Below are positions 1 through 9,783 of a stretch of DNA of 64,000 nt, one piece after another (position 1 is the first letter of the stretch; each line of letters opens with the position of its first letter). Source of the stretch: a virus; IMG/VR virus record IMGVR_UViG_3300044632_001398, positions 1 through 64,000 of that record; one strand, given 5' to 3'. The notes beneath the pieces were generated by a model. The model was not told the origin of the DNA, did no database searches, and saw nothing but the letters and a program-made list of their open reading frames with translations. The position numbers and the translations under genes were made by a program.

Positions 1-600
1 CAGAACCAACTGCAACACCAGTCCCTACTAGTACCCCAACACCAGAACCAACTAGTACACCAACACCAGAACCAACTGCAACACCAGTCCCTACTAGTAC
101 CCCAACACCAGAACCAACTAGTACACCGGTACCTACTAGTACACCAACTCCATTACCTACTAGTACACCTACACCAACTCCATTACCAACCAGTACACCT
201 ACAGTTACACCGGCACCAACGGCAACTCCTACACCAACACCATTACCAACCAGTACACCTACAGTTACACCAGCACCAACAGCAACCCCTACACCAACTC
301 CATTACCTACTAGTACACCTACACCAACTCCATTACCAACCAGTACACCTACAGTTACACCGGCACCAACGGCAACTCCTACACCAACACCATTACCAAC
401 CAGTACACCGACGGTAACACCATTACCAACTAGTACGCCAACAGTAACACCAGCACCAACTGCAACTCCATTACCAACTCCAACTCCTACAGTAACACCA
501 GTACCAACTAGTACACCTACACCGACTCCTACAGTAACTCCAGAACCTACTAGTACACCAACTGTAACCCCAGAACCTACCAGTACACCAACACCAACAC
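1..600 (+). repeat. Coding PT/PTS tandem repeats, including an exact 119-bp duplication (141-259 = 291-409)
   Basis: Direct sequence comparison. Confidence 0.9.
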
Positions 601-875
601 CTGCACCTCAAGGATTTCCAATTACACTTAATGGTAGAGGGGATACAATAACATCAGCATGTAATGGTTCAGGAGAAAAAATTGTTTATGTAGGTACTGA
701 AGAAGCACAAACCGCTTATAATAGTTCTGGATTTAGTACTATTGGAGGATATTATTTATTTGAAAACATATATTTAACTAGCTTTGTGGCGGATGCATAT
801 GTTGCAGATACTTATGGTCCTAATGTATATTCAATTAGTGGTGGAGTAATAGGATCATTAGTTTATGGTTGTTAA
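1..875 (+). CDS. 5'-truncated mucin-like Pro/Thr-rich repeat protein with small C-terminal domain (putative virion surface protein)
   Basis: Open frame from nt 3 ([16 protein letters not shown]...) to TAA 873-875; about 200 codons of P/T/S repeats, then ...TSACNGSG...SLVYGC*; absent from ORF track because the start lies outside the window. Confidence 0.8.
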   Translation, partial: EPTATPVPTSTPTPEPTSTPTPEPTATPVPTSTPTPEPTSTPVPTSTPTPLPTSTPTPTPLPTSTPTVTPAPTATPTPTPLPTSTPTVTPAPTATPTPTPLPTSTPTPTPLPTSTPTVTPAPTATPTPTPLPTSTPTVTPLPTSTPTVTPAPTATPLPTPTPTVTPVPTSTPTPTPTVTPEPTSTPTVTPEPTSTPTPTPAPQGFPITLNGRGDTITSACNGSGEKIVYVGTEEAQTAYNSSGFSTIGGYYLFENIYLTSFVADAYVADTYGPNVYSISGGVIGSLVYGC

Positions 876-895
876 TTTGAAAATAAATTATACAG

Positions 896-924
896 AAGGA
901 GACAATAAAAAAGTCTCCTTTTTT
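896..924 (+). terminator. Rho-independent terminator
   Basis: AAGGAGAC-9 nt-GTCTCCTT stem followed by T-tract, just after the PT-rich gene. Confidence 0.8.
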
Positions 925-936
925 GTTTATAAGAAC

Positions 937-944
937 TATTTATA
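937..944 (+). promoter_or_regulatory. TATTTATA motif, putative phage late promoter (class I)
   Basis: Same octamer in short intergenic gaps before ORFs 1008, 5529, 40881, 53545 and 54853. Confidence 0.55.
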
Positions 945-947
945 AAA

Positions 948-982
948 GACCTATATAGGTCATTAAACGTGGTATATACCAC
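948..982. promoter_or_regulatory. Twin 14-bp perfect palindromes GACCTATATAGGTC and GTGGTATATACCAC
   Basis: 948-961 and 969-982, both with a TATATA core, between putative promoter and fibre start. Confidence 0.5.
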
Positions 983-1007
983 ATAGATTTTTAAGTATTC
1001 CATACAT

Positions 1008-3644
1008 ATGGCACAAATAGTAAAACTACGTAGAAGTAGTGTATCCGGTCAAAAACCGACCAATTCCAACTTACAATTAGGAGAGTTAGCATTAAACACA
1101 AGTGACGGTAAAATATTTATGGCCGTTTCAGGTGCATTATCCCCAACAGTTGAGGAAGCTATTGTGACCAACGCGTCGAATACAGGTTCAATAAATCTAA
1201 GTGGTAGTATCAGATTAAACGGTACAGAAACAGTTACAGGTTCAGTTTTAGTAAATGGACTTTTACAAGTAACAGGTAATACATCATTAACATCTTTAGT
1301 AATTTCAGGTTCAGACTCTGTGGCAAATGTTCAAGCATTTGTTCCATCAAGTTCAGTTTACAATGAAGCGAGTTTTAATACACCTGATAGAGTAGCTTCA
1401 GGTATAAGATTTAATTGGTCTAATGAGAATTGGACAATTGGTGCTGCAAGAGGTTTAACAACCGATATTGATGGTTTAGTTTTCAGTAGAAATGGTAATA
1501 GAAATTTATTACTTCATGAAAGTGGAGATATGTACCTTACAGGTGCATTAAGAGTTACAGGTTCATTATATTTGAATGGTGAAGTTGTCGGTACAGGTAA
1601 ATTAAATGAAACAGATTTTAACAATTATACATCATCTGTATCATCACAATTTGCTGGTAGTTCATCATATGCATTAACAGCATCACACGCGTTAAATGCG
1701 GTTATATTAGACGGACAAACAAAAACACAAAATTTTAGTACACCATCAACAACATGGTCATTCAATCACCAAATGGGTGAAAGATATCCATCAATTACTG
1801 TATTTGATAGTGATGGATATGTTGTTATACCAAGTGAAATACAAGCAATAGATGACAATAATTTAAATGTTTATTTCCCATCAAATCAAATAGGTTTGGT
1901 GAGTGTAACTGTGGGTGGTGCTGGAACTGCGGGTACTTCAGGAACAAGTGGTATTTCGGGAACAAGTGGAACATCAGGTGTTAATGGTACTAGTGGTACA
2001 TCAGGAACAAGTGGTGCTACTGGAACTTCAGGTAGTGACGGTTCTTCAGGTACTTCAGGTACAAGTGGTAGAGATGGTATAGGGGGTAAAAGTGAAACAT
2101 TTGCATCTGCAACAACTTGGTCTGTATTCCATAATTTAGATGAAAGATATCCTGTTGTTAATGTGTGGGATAACAATGGTAGAGTAATAATACCGAGTGA
2201 AATACAATCGGTTGATAATAATAATCTTAATGTTTATTTCTCATCACCTGTATCGGGTAGTGTAAACATCGTTAAGGGTGGACATTTAGTTAGTGGAGCG
2301 GTTGATTTATCATCAGCATTAAATGGAAGTGGAATTGTAAGTTCAAGTGTTCAAGGAACAAACTTAGGATTTGCAACCACAGGTTCAAATACATTTAAAG
2401 GTAACCAAACATTTAGTGGTTCTTTAATACCTGTTGGTAGTGGATCTTATGACTTAGGTAGTGAAACAAATCCATTTAGACACTTATATTTATCAAGTGC
2501 ATCATTATATATTGACGGACAAAAAGTTTTAGGTTCAACAAATCAAGAATTACAAATCACAACTGACAACGGTCAATCAATTAAGATTTTAGAAAGTGGT
2601 ACAGATACAATTACATTTCAAACTGCCGACGGAGACATTCAATTAAAATCATCTGGTGGCGGTAATATATTAATTGACCCAACAACGGGTTCGGTTGATG
2701 TTAGAGGAAATATTCTAATTCAAGATGGATTTAAAATATTAAGTTCAGGTGGTAATAGTGTTGTTTTTGCCGATGATATTATTGTATCGGGTTCGGCTAA
2801 TTTTACAAATGGTATTACAATTGGTGGTTTATCATACGCGTCTGCAACATCAGGAACAAGTGGTACATCAGGTATTAACGGAACAAGTGGTACTTCAGGT
2901 TCTAGTGGTTCATCTGGTAGTTCAGGTTCTAGTGGAGATTCAATATTTGCACAAACAGGGTCTATATGGTCTGCAACTAAAAATGTTGAAATCACCGGCT
3001 CATTAAAAGTGAAAGGTGCAATTACTGTGGATGAATTATATATGACATATGTAACTTCATCTGTTATGTATTCTTCAGGATCAACTAAGTTCGGTGACAC
3101 AAATGATGACTTACATCAATTCACAGGTAGTTTAAGTGTCTCAGGTTCATTATTAATTAATGGTACCTCATACACTGCTGCAACTTCAGGAACTAGTGGT
3201 AGTTCTGGTTCTTCAGGTACGTCAGGTTCTGGTGGAAGTTCTGGTACTTCAGGTTCTAGTGGAAGTTCTGGTACGTCAGGTTCTAGTGGAACATCAGTAT
3301 CGGTATCAGGAACTAATAATACGTTAGTTAAATTCACAAGTGCATCAACAGTAGGTAATTCAAGTATCACAGATAGTGGTACAGTTGTTTCTTTAACTAC
3401 CAATATGAATGTAACAGGTAGTATTATACCAGGTGGTGCAACGGGAACATATAATTTAGGTTCAGCAACTGCACGTTGGGGAACAATTTATACATCGGAT
3501 TTATCCTTAAACAACGGAATTGGTGATTGGACAATAGTGGAAGGTGAAGATGATTTATTCTTATATAATAATAAGAAGGGTAAAGTATACAAGTTTGCTT
3601 TAACCGAAGTTGACTCTAATGTTGCTACCCCTAAAAAATCTTAA
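1008..3644 (+). CDS. Tail fibre-like protein with Gly-Xaa-Ser repeats
   Basis: N-terminal KLRRS..P..LQLGELALNTSDGK fibre anchor motif; two copies of a TTWS..H....YP...IPSEIQ..DNNLNVYF domain; three (SGT/SGS)n tracts; YDLGS fibre motifs; C-terminal GDWTIVEGEDDLFL. Confidence 0.8.
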   Translation: MAQIVKLRRSSVSGQKPTNSNLQLGELALNTSDGKIFMAVSGALSPTVEEAIVTNASNTGSINLSGSIRLNGTETVTGSVLVNGLLQVTGNTSLTSLVISGSDSVANVQAFVPSSSVYNEASFNTPDRVASGIRFNWSNENWTIGAARGLTTDIDGLVFSRNGNRNLLLHESGDMYLTGALRVTGSLYLNGEVVGTGKLNETDFNNYTSSVSSQFAGSSSYALTASHALNAVILDGQTKTQNFSTPSTTWSFNHQMGERYPSITVFDSDGYVVIPSEIQAIDDNNLNVYFPSNQIGLVSVTVGGAGTAGTSGTSGISGTSGTSGVNGTSGTSGTSGATGTSGSDGSSGTSGTSGRDGIGGKSETFASATTWSVFHNLDERYPVVNVWDNNGRVIIPSEIQSVDNNNLNVYFSSPVSGSVNIVKGGHLVSGAVDLSSALNGSGIVSSSVQGTNLGFATTGSNTFKGNQTFSGSLIPVGSGSYDLGSETNPFRHLYLSSASLYIDGQKVLGSTNQELQITTDNGQSIKILESGTDTITFQTADGDIQLKSSGGGNILIDPTTGSVDVRGNILIQDGFKILSSGGNSVVFADDIIVSGSANFTNGITIGGLSYASATSGTSGTSGINGTSGTSGSSGSSGSSGSSGDSIFAQTGSIWSATKNVEITGSLKVKGAITVDELYMTYVTSSVMYSSGSTKFGDTNDDLHQFTGSLSVSGSLLINGTSYTAATSGTSGSSGSSGTSGSGGSSGTSGSSGSSGTSGSSGTSVSVSGTNNTLVKFTSASTVGNSSITDSGTVVSLTTNMNVTGSIIPGGATGTYNLGSATARWGTIYTSDLSLNNGIGDWTIVEGEDDLFLYNNKKGKVYKFALTEVDSNVATPKKS

Positions 3645-3647
3645 GAG

Positions 3648-4448
3648 ATGCCATTAAATAATTTAGGAATAGCAACTATAGGTGGTACAACAACTATTAC
3701 CGGTTCATTATTAGTAAGTGGTAGTAGTTTAACTGCAAGATTTGTAAACACTTTATCAACTTCAAATTCAAATGTTCAATTAGGAAATGATGTTGGTACC
3801 AACTCAGCAGGTGTAGCGTTATTTGGTAGTCAATATACACCATCAAATCAATACAGAGCAAATGGAGCATATTTTTATTCAAATTTAGATGGAGGTTTAA
3901 CATTACATGCAGAAGGTGCCAATTCTATGTATTTAGCGACAAACAACACCGCAGCTATTACAATAGATAGTTCACAAAATGTAAATTTTTCAGGACAAAT
4001 TAGGCAAAACGGTACGGGAATAATTCAAATGGTTCCAATCGGACCAACCGCAACAAATATTGCATATACTGCTACTATTAATGCACAATATACAGTTGGT
4101 AGTGTAAGTATACCGGCCACCGCAAGATGGTTATTGGCGGATATATTCATCACAGCAAACATATCAGACCATCAAAATTTTATGTTAACTAGATTTAATT
4201 TTGGAAGTCAAAAAAATTGGGTAGACACTAGAGGAAATAATCCTGCAAGTGAGTTTGGTAACCTTACACAAGGAGATGTTGCTTTATTAACTTATAATGG
4301 TGAATCCGATGGATATACTCCAAACTATGGTATATGGAAAAGTAGTGTTATGGTACCTAGTGTTGGTAGAACCCTTTGGATAAACAATTACGGAAATTCT
4401 AATAGTAATGGATATCTTTACTTTATAGTAAGAGCATATTCTTTATAA
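3648..4448 (+). CDS. Putative fibre-associated/adhesin protein
   Basis: G/S/T/N-rich beta-type sequence; starts MPLNN like neighbours. Confidence 0.55.
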   Translation: MPLNNLGIATIGGTTTITGSLLVSGSSLTARFVNTLSTSNSNVQLGNDVGTNSAGVALFGSQYTPSNQYRANGAYFYSNLDGGLTLHAEGANSMYLATNNTAAITIDSSQNVNFSGQIRQNGTGIIQMVPIGPTATNIAYTATINAQYTVGSVSIPATARWLLADIFITANISDHQNFMLTRFNFGSQKNWVDTRGNNPASEFGNLTQGDVALLTYNGESDGYTPNYGIWKSSVMVPSVGRTLWINNYGNSNSNGYLYFIVRAYSL

Positions 4449-4493
4449 ATATAAACTTGACTGAATGTGGAAACACTTAAAAAATTATAAGAT

Positions 4494-5228
4494 ATGCCAT
4501 TAATTACAAATAGTAATATTTCAGCAGGATCAACAAATTATTCATATGTTGGGCCAGCGCAATATGGTGGTGTTGTGTTTCCAAGAGGACAGGTTTTGTT
4601 TTCAAATACTAACACGCAAAATCAATTATATCTATCATCAAACGCATATACAAATGCAAGTGGGGTTTTTGCATATAGAAATTCATCACAACCTGCAACA
4701 TACATTGGACAAGATGGTGGTGGAATTTCTATGGGTATGGCTGGTAATGGTACGGCAGATGGTGTTATATCGTGGACAACAGGATTGGAGATTACTAACA
4801 GTGGATATGTTACATTACCAAATCAACCATCATTTGTTGCTCATAAAACTGAAAATCAATCACCTAGTAGTGACACAAAATTAACTTATGAAACCGCAAC
4901 GATTAATAGAGGAAACCATTATAATACAGCTAACTCTAGATTTACCGCACCTATTACGGGAGTTTACGCATTTGGATGGAAGGGTTGGTTTCAAATCAGT
5001 ACTACTGGAACAATGTTCGTTTTTTTAAATAAAAATGGTTCAGTATTTACCGAACAAAGATTGTCTTTACCAACGGCAGCTGCAGAATATATTACATTTT
5101 TTCCTTCATGGGTTTTTGGTTTAACAGCAGGAGATTATATAGAAGTTTCTGGTTATGGTACTAATGGAAACATGCATACATCTTCGTCCCAACGATATAG
5201 TCAATTTTACGGATATCTATTACATTAA
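4494..5228 (+). CDS. C1q/TNF-like domain fibre-associated protein
   Basis: PSFVAH...INRGNHYNTANSRFTAPITGVYAF...LTAGDYIEV...FYGYLL, typical C1q head. Confidence 0.8.
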   Translation: MPLITNSNISAGSTNYSYVGPAQYGGVVFPRGQVLFSNTNTQNQLYLSSNAYTNASGVFAYRNSSQPATYIGQDGGGISMGMAGNGTADGVISWTTGLEITNSGYVTLPNQPSFVAHKTENQSPSSDTKLTYETATINRGNHYNTANSRFTAPITGVYAFGWKGWFQISTTGTMFVFLNKNGSVFTEQRLSLPTAAAEYITFFPSWVFGLTAGDYIEVSGYGTNGNMHTSSSQRYSQFYGYLLH

Positions 5229-5244
5229 TAAAAAATAAAAATAT

Positions 5245-5508
5245 ATGAATTATACAGTAACATTAACAGACACAGAAAAATTAGCAATGGAATATATTGC
5301 TTACGAACCACAAGATTGGGTAGAAAATGCCATGAAAGAAAGAGCAAGAATAGCGATTGATGAAATTGTAAAAATTGCGGTAGATAAATTTTTTGAAATA
5401 AATGAATCAATACCTGGATCTAAAGATGAAATTGTTTCTCAAGCATATAGTAGGGGTTGGATTAACACAGTAAAGTATAATGAAGATAATAGAGTTCCAT
5501 TAACTTAA
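5245..5508 (+). CDS. Small phage hypothetical protein (possible fibre assembly partner)
   Basis: 87-aa ORF in operon after the C1q gene. Confidence 0.6.
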   Translation: MNYTVTLTDTEKLAMEYIAYEPQDWVENAMKERARIAIDEIVKIAVDKFFEINESIPGSKDEIVSQAYSRGWINTVKYNEDNRVPLT

Positions 5509-5528
5509 TAAAACAAATATTTATAGAT

Positions 5529-6227
5529 ATGCCATTAAACATAAGTGGAACGACAGTTACATCGAATATTATTAAATCACTTGAATATAGAAATATAACA
5601 TTAAGTGGTTTGAGATTATATTACGATATGTCAATACCCGCGTGTTATAACGGAATTGGAACGACTATATACGATATAGCCGCAAATGGATTTAATGGTA
5701 CATTAACAAATGGTCCAACATTTAGTTCAACAAATGGTGGCAGTATTGTATTTGATGGTTCAAATGATTATATTGAATTAAATACAGCGTCTATAATATC
5801 AGGAAATCAATCATTTACTATTGAATCTTTTTATACAATAACAGGAGCAAACGGAGGTGCATTATTTGGTAATTATGGACCTGGAAATACAAGTAACACT
5901 ATTTGGTTTTCGGGACAATATGGAATATACATAAATGGGTCGTGTTATGCAGCATCAGCACCAATTACATCTGGAACACATCATATGGTGGCTACTCGTG
6001 ATTCAAACGGTGTAGTAAAACTTTATTTGGATGGTTCATTATCAAATACCGCAACATTAAACGCATCAATTGCAACATCTGTTAATTATAGAATAGGAAC
6101 GGATGTGGCGAGTACATTAGAACCATTTTCTGGAAATTTATATAGTATTAGAGTATATAATAGGGATTTATCACTAAATGAAATATTACATAATTACAAT
6201 ATACAAAAAACAAAATTTGGATTATAA
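5529..6227 (+). CDS. LamG/concanavalin A-like domain protein
   Basis: NGTLTNGPTF...FDGSNDYI...KLYLDG...FSGNLYSIRVYNRDLS. Confidence 0.85.
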   Translation: MPLNISGTTVTSNIIKSLEYRNITLSGLRLYYDMSIPACYNGIGTTIYDIAANGFNGTLTNGPTFSSTNGGSIVFDGSNDYIELNTASIISGNQSFTIESFYTITGANGGALFGNYGPGNTSNTIWFSGQYGIYINGSCYAASAPITSGTHHMVATRDSNGVVKLYLDGSLSNTATLNASIATSVNYRIGTDVASTLEPFSGNLYSIRVYNRDLSLNEILHNYNIQKTKFGL

Positions 6228-6230
6228 GAT

Positions 6231-6983
6231 ATGCCTATAAATGTAAATGGAAATATAATCAATAGCACAATTGCAAATACATTGGGTTCAACCGGAATAC
6301 CACACAATGGTTTGGTTTTGAATTTAGATGCATCAATTAAAAATTCATATCCAGGTAGTGGTGGAACATGGTATGATATGAGTGGATATGGTAATAATGG
6401 AACATTAGTAGGAGGTGCAGTATATCAAAGTGCAAATGCTGGTAGTATATATTTTGATGGTGTAGATGACTGGGTCAATATATCCGATTCACCAAGTTTA
6501 AGAATGCAATATCAAATGTCAATATCATGTTGGTTTAGTGTTCCACAAAACGGTTTACCATATAGACAGGCATTGATTTCTAAACATTATAGTAATTATG
6601 AATTGGGTATATATCAAAGTGGGTATATCCACACCTATACTAGAAATGGTACCGATGGGACATTTCCAACATACAATGAAGGTAATAGTGCATTTCATAA
6701 AGATGGAGATTGGCAAGCAAATAGAATATATCATGTAGTTTGGACTTTGGATGGTGCAACTGAAACAACTTGGTATGGTGGAGAATTAGCCGCAACCGGT
6801 TCACAATATACTAAAGGTAATTTTGGTACAAATGATAATGGAGACCAATTACAATTAGGAACAAGATTTGGTGGATTAATATTTAAAGGAAATATGTATT
6901 CAGTACAAATATGGAATAGAGCGTTAACATTTCCAGAAGTACAACAATTATATAATACACAAAAAACTAAATACGGATTATAA
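6231..6983 (+). CDS. LamG/concanavalin A-like domain protein
   Basis: LVLNLDAS..SYPGSG.TWYDMSG.GNNGTL...FDGVDD...IWNRALT. Confidence 0.85.
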   Translation: MPINVNGNIINSTIANTLGSTGIPHNGLVLNLDASIKNSYPGSGGTWYDMSGYGNNGTLVGGAVYQSANAGSIYFDGVDDWVNISDSPSLRMQYQMSISCWFSVPQNGLPYRQALISKHYSNYELGIYQSGYIHTYTRNGTDGTFPTYNEGNSAFHKDGDWQANRIYHVVWTLDGATETTWYGGELAATGSQYTKGNFGTNDNGDQLQLGTRFGGLIFKGNMYSVQIWNRALTFPEVQQLYNTQKTKYGL

Positions 6984-6984
6984 T

Positions 6985-7965
6985 ATGCCTTTTAATATAA
7001 ATGGAAATAAGTATGATGTTAATATTGTTAAATCACAGCAATTAAATGATATTATAACAAATGGGTTAATATATCATTTAGATGCAGGTAATACCTTATC
7101 ATATAGTACAACTAAGAATATAGTTAAAGTAAAAACATATTCAGTTTTTAACGGATTAAGAAGTGCAAACTATACAGTACAATGGAGTGATGATAATTCA
7201 ACATGGACAACTGCATTTAGTGGGGTAATGTCAAATAATTCCGAATACTCATACCAAACAGGAACAGGATTTTTAACAACACCAATTGGTGCACATAGAT
7301 ATTGGAGATATGTTGAAGGTAGTGCAGTTGCATCACATCATCCAAGAATTTCAAAGATATTATTGGTTGATAGTGATGATAATCATTATGTAATAAAAAA
7401 ATATGTAGATGATAATCATTCGGATAGTGGTGACTATATTATAGGAACAGTTTCTTATGATTTTGCAACCCATTGGCAAGATGTGGGTGGGTATAATGGA
7501 TATTGTAATTTTATAGGTGGCCCAACATATAGTAGTTCTAATGGAGGTTGTATTGAGTTTTCAGGTACAGGTACATATGGGTTAACTTCTAGTATAAGAA
7601 ATTATAAAACATTTAGTTTGTGGGCATATATTAATGATAATACCACAAATTATTTATTAGATGCTAGAGCAGGTTCGCCTAATGGATGGGTTTGGCATGG
7701 TAGTACAGGAACCGACTGGGACCAGTGGTATTTAAACGGAGTATCAACGACCGTTTCAATGCAAAGTCTACCAACAAATCAATGGTTTCATTTGTATATG
7801 AGAAATAGTGGAACACAAATTGGAACTGTAACATTGATGGCTCGTTACACATTTGGTGAAAATAAAGTAGGTAAATATGGTATGTTTAGTGTGTATAATA
7901 GAGAATTATCTATTGCGGAGATTAGACAAAATTATGAATCACAAAAACAAAGGTTTGGTTTATAG
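6985..7965 (+). CDS. LamG domain protein with inserted discoidin/F5-8-like segment
   Basis: GLIYHLDAGN..SY, then YTVQWSDDNSTWT...AHRYWRY insert, then WQDVGG...VYNRELS. Confidence 0.75.
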   Translation: MPFNINGNKYDVNIVKSQQLNDIITNGLIYHLDAGNTLSYSTTKNIVKVKTYSVFNGLRSANYTVQWSDDNSTWTTAFSGVMSNNSEYSYQTGTGFLTTPIGAHRYWRYVEGSAVASHHPRISKILLVDSDDNHYVIKKYVDDNHSDSGDYIIGTVSYDFATHWQDVGGYNGYCNFIGGPTYSSSNGGCIEFSGTGTYGLTSSIRNYKTFSLWAYINDNTTNYLLDARAGSPNGWVWHGSTGTDWDQWYLNGVSTTVSMQSLPTNQWFHLYMRNSGTQIGTVTLMARYTFGENKVGKYGMFSVYNRELSIAEIRQNYESQKQRFGL

Positions 7966-7985
7966 AAATATTTTTCTTATATTAT
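7954..7985 (+). promoter_or_regulatory. Bacteroidota-type promoter (class II), TTTG-N20-TATATTAT
   Basis: Resembles the -33 TTTG / -7 TAnnTTTG consensus; 4 nt before ATG 7990. Confidence 0.6.
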
Positions 7986-7989
7986 CTTA

Positions 7990-8721
7990 ATGATAACCAA
8001 TCAAGACTTCATAACAGGAAATATCACAACAAATGGGGGTGAACCTGTTCCATATAGATGGACACACGGCGCAACCACAGAACATATGGGTGACGGTCTT
8101 GTTGTTTATTCACTGATACAACATATGAGAGCAAAAACCTGTGTCTGTATCGGGTCGGGAGGTGGGTTTATACCCCGTATTATGACACAAGCACGAATTG
8201 ATTTACACAAACAAAATATTTTTGAAGGTAACCCCGATATTAATTGGGGAGATATCGGAGTAACTTATATTGTTGACGCCTGTAACGGTATCGGAGGACC
8301 AAATGATTTAGAGGATGAAAACTCATACTATCACAAACAATTCCAACCACGATTAATTAAATCAACATCAGAAGATGCTTATTATAATTTCTTTGTTCTA
8401 CAAGATATAAAGATAGATGTTTTATTTATTGATGGGGATCACTCATATGATGGAGTTAAATTGGATTTTGATTTGTATTCAAATATTTTATCAGATAAAG
8501 GAATTATCATTATACACGATACCGATCCAAATTACGAGGAAAACCTATTAATATCTGAAGATTCAAAAAAAGACCATCACAGATTTGACGGACCATCTAA
8601 ATTAGTTAAGGAATTAGAAAAAAACCCCTTATATAATTTGATTAATTTATATAATTTTCGTATATTACCTAACAAACCATCATCAAGTGGTATAACGGTA
8701 ATTAATAAGAGAAATGATTAA
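7990..8721 (+). CDS. Class I SAM-dependent methyltransferase (Methyltransf_24-like)
   Basis: CIGSGGG and LFIDGDHSY...IIHD motifs. Confidence 0.75.
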   Translation: MITNQDFITGNITTNGGEPVPYRWTHGATTEHMGDGLVVYSLIQHMRAKTCVCIGSGGGFIPRIMTQARIDLHKQNIFEGNPDINWGDIGVTYIVDACNGIGGPNDLEDENSYYHKQFQPRLIKSTSEDAYYNFFVLQDIKIDVLFIDGDHSYDGVKLDFDLYSNILSDKGIIIIHDTDPNYEENLLISEDSKKDHHRFDGPSKLVKELEKNPLYNLINLYNFRILPNKPSSSGITVINKRND

Positions 8722-9571
8722 ATTATTAACAGTTATTGGGCACGGAGCATCTTTACTCCCACATTTTATTGAACATTACCAAAAACAGGTTGATGAGATT
8801 TTAATTGCGGTTTATGAAACGGATTTACACCCATCAATTAGTGGTGATGTATCTGAAGTAATAAAAAATTACGATAACGTAAAAATACAAATAGTTGTTA
8901 ACGAAAGAATTTTTGATTGGGAAAAGGTAACACAATTATATAATTACGTTAAGAAAATCAATCAATTTGATTGGTTTGTTATAGCTGATATTGATGAATT
9001 TCATTTATATCCAAATAATGATTTACGTGGATTAGTAAAAGATTGTGAAGAAAATAATTGGGACCTTGTAAGAGGTGGATTTATAGATAGAATTGGAATA
9101 GATGGTGAGTTTGTTGAACTAAAAGACAATCAATCAATATGGGAACAGTTTCCAAACGCAGGATTTTTTAGATATCCAATGAGTAAAGCTTGTCCAAATA
9201 AAATATGTGTAATGAAAGGTTATGTTGATGTGACATCAGGACAACATTATGCTAAAATTGAGGATCACACAACTTGGAGATGGCAAGGTTGGTCACATCC
9301 ATTGATTGCACCGGTTGAAACACATTCAGTACAAGTACATCATTTCAAATGGGATTCCACAGCAATTGATAGAGTGTTGAATGTTGCAAACCTTAATGAA
9401 GATTATGCATTTTCAAATGAATATTTTAAAATGTATAAAGAATTAAAAAAAACAAATTTCAAAATAGATTTAGTTAACTCGGAATACATGTTTGAATTAG
9501 GTTTAACTAAACCAGAATTTAGTCATTATAAAAATTGGAATAAATTAATTAAAAAAATAATATCAATATGA
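8714..9571 (+). CDS. GT-A glycosyltransferase (GT2-like)
   Basis: LLPHFIEHY, WFVIADIDEF, HHFKW motifs. Confidence 0.7.
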   Translation: MIKLLTVIGHGASLLPHFIEHYQKQVDEILIAVYETDLHPSISGDVSEVIKNYDNVKIQIVVNERIFDWEKVTQLYNYVKKINQFDWFVIADIDEFHLYPNNDLRGLVKDCEENNWDLVRGGFIDRIGIDGEFVELKDNQSIWEQFPNAGFFRYPMSKACPNKICVMKGYVDVTSGQHYAKIEDHTTWRWQGWSHPLIAPVETHSVQVHHFKWDSTAIDRVLNVANLNEDYAFSNEYFKMYKELKKTNFKIDLVNSEYMFELGLTKPEFSHYKNWNKLIKKIISI

Positions 9572-9783
9572 GTACCGGTAAAGAAGAAAAAAAAGAACAA
9601 GACCTTGAACTTAGAAAAGTTAAGGCACTTGAAAAAATTGCAAACTCTTTGGATGCATTAACAATTTGGTTTGAAGAAATTGACAAAGAAGAATGGAATC
9701 AAAGAGCACAATATTATTTGGCTGAGTTCCATAACAAATTAGTTAAAGGAGAAAACGATATTGATGTCTCAGATATCTCATAA
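9568..9783 (+). CDS. Hypothetical protein
   Basis: 71-aa ORF overlapping both neighbours. Confidence 0.6.
   Translation: MSTGKEEKKEQDLELRKVKALEKIANSLDALTIWFEEIDKEEWNQRAQYYLAEFHNKLVKGENDIDVSDIS

Noticed and set aside
1-600. Possible CRISPR array or non-coding repeat
   Set aside because: Repeats are in-frame codon repeats of an open PT-rich ORF with no unique spacers
937-944. T4 late promoter TATAAATA on the minus strand
   Set aside because: TATTTATA is its reverse complement, but the intergenic copies consistently sit upstream of plus-strand genes with no minus-strand gene to drive
1886-3403. Antisense and alternate-frame ORFs rich in PLVPEVP or QVLVVH (also 54083-54298)
   Set aside because: Shadows of the GxS codon repeats in the fibre genes
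3648-7965. Diversity-generating retroelement acting on the adhesins
   Set aside because: No reverse transcriptase and no adenine-specific TR/VR repeat pair seen; the 62-bp repeat at 45551/46869 has only one substitution and one indel
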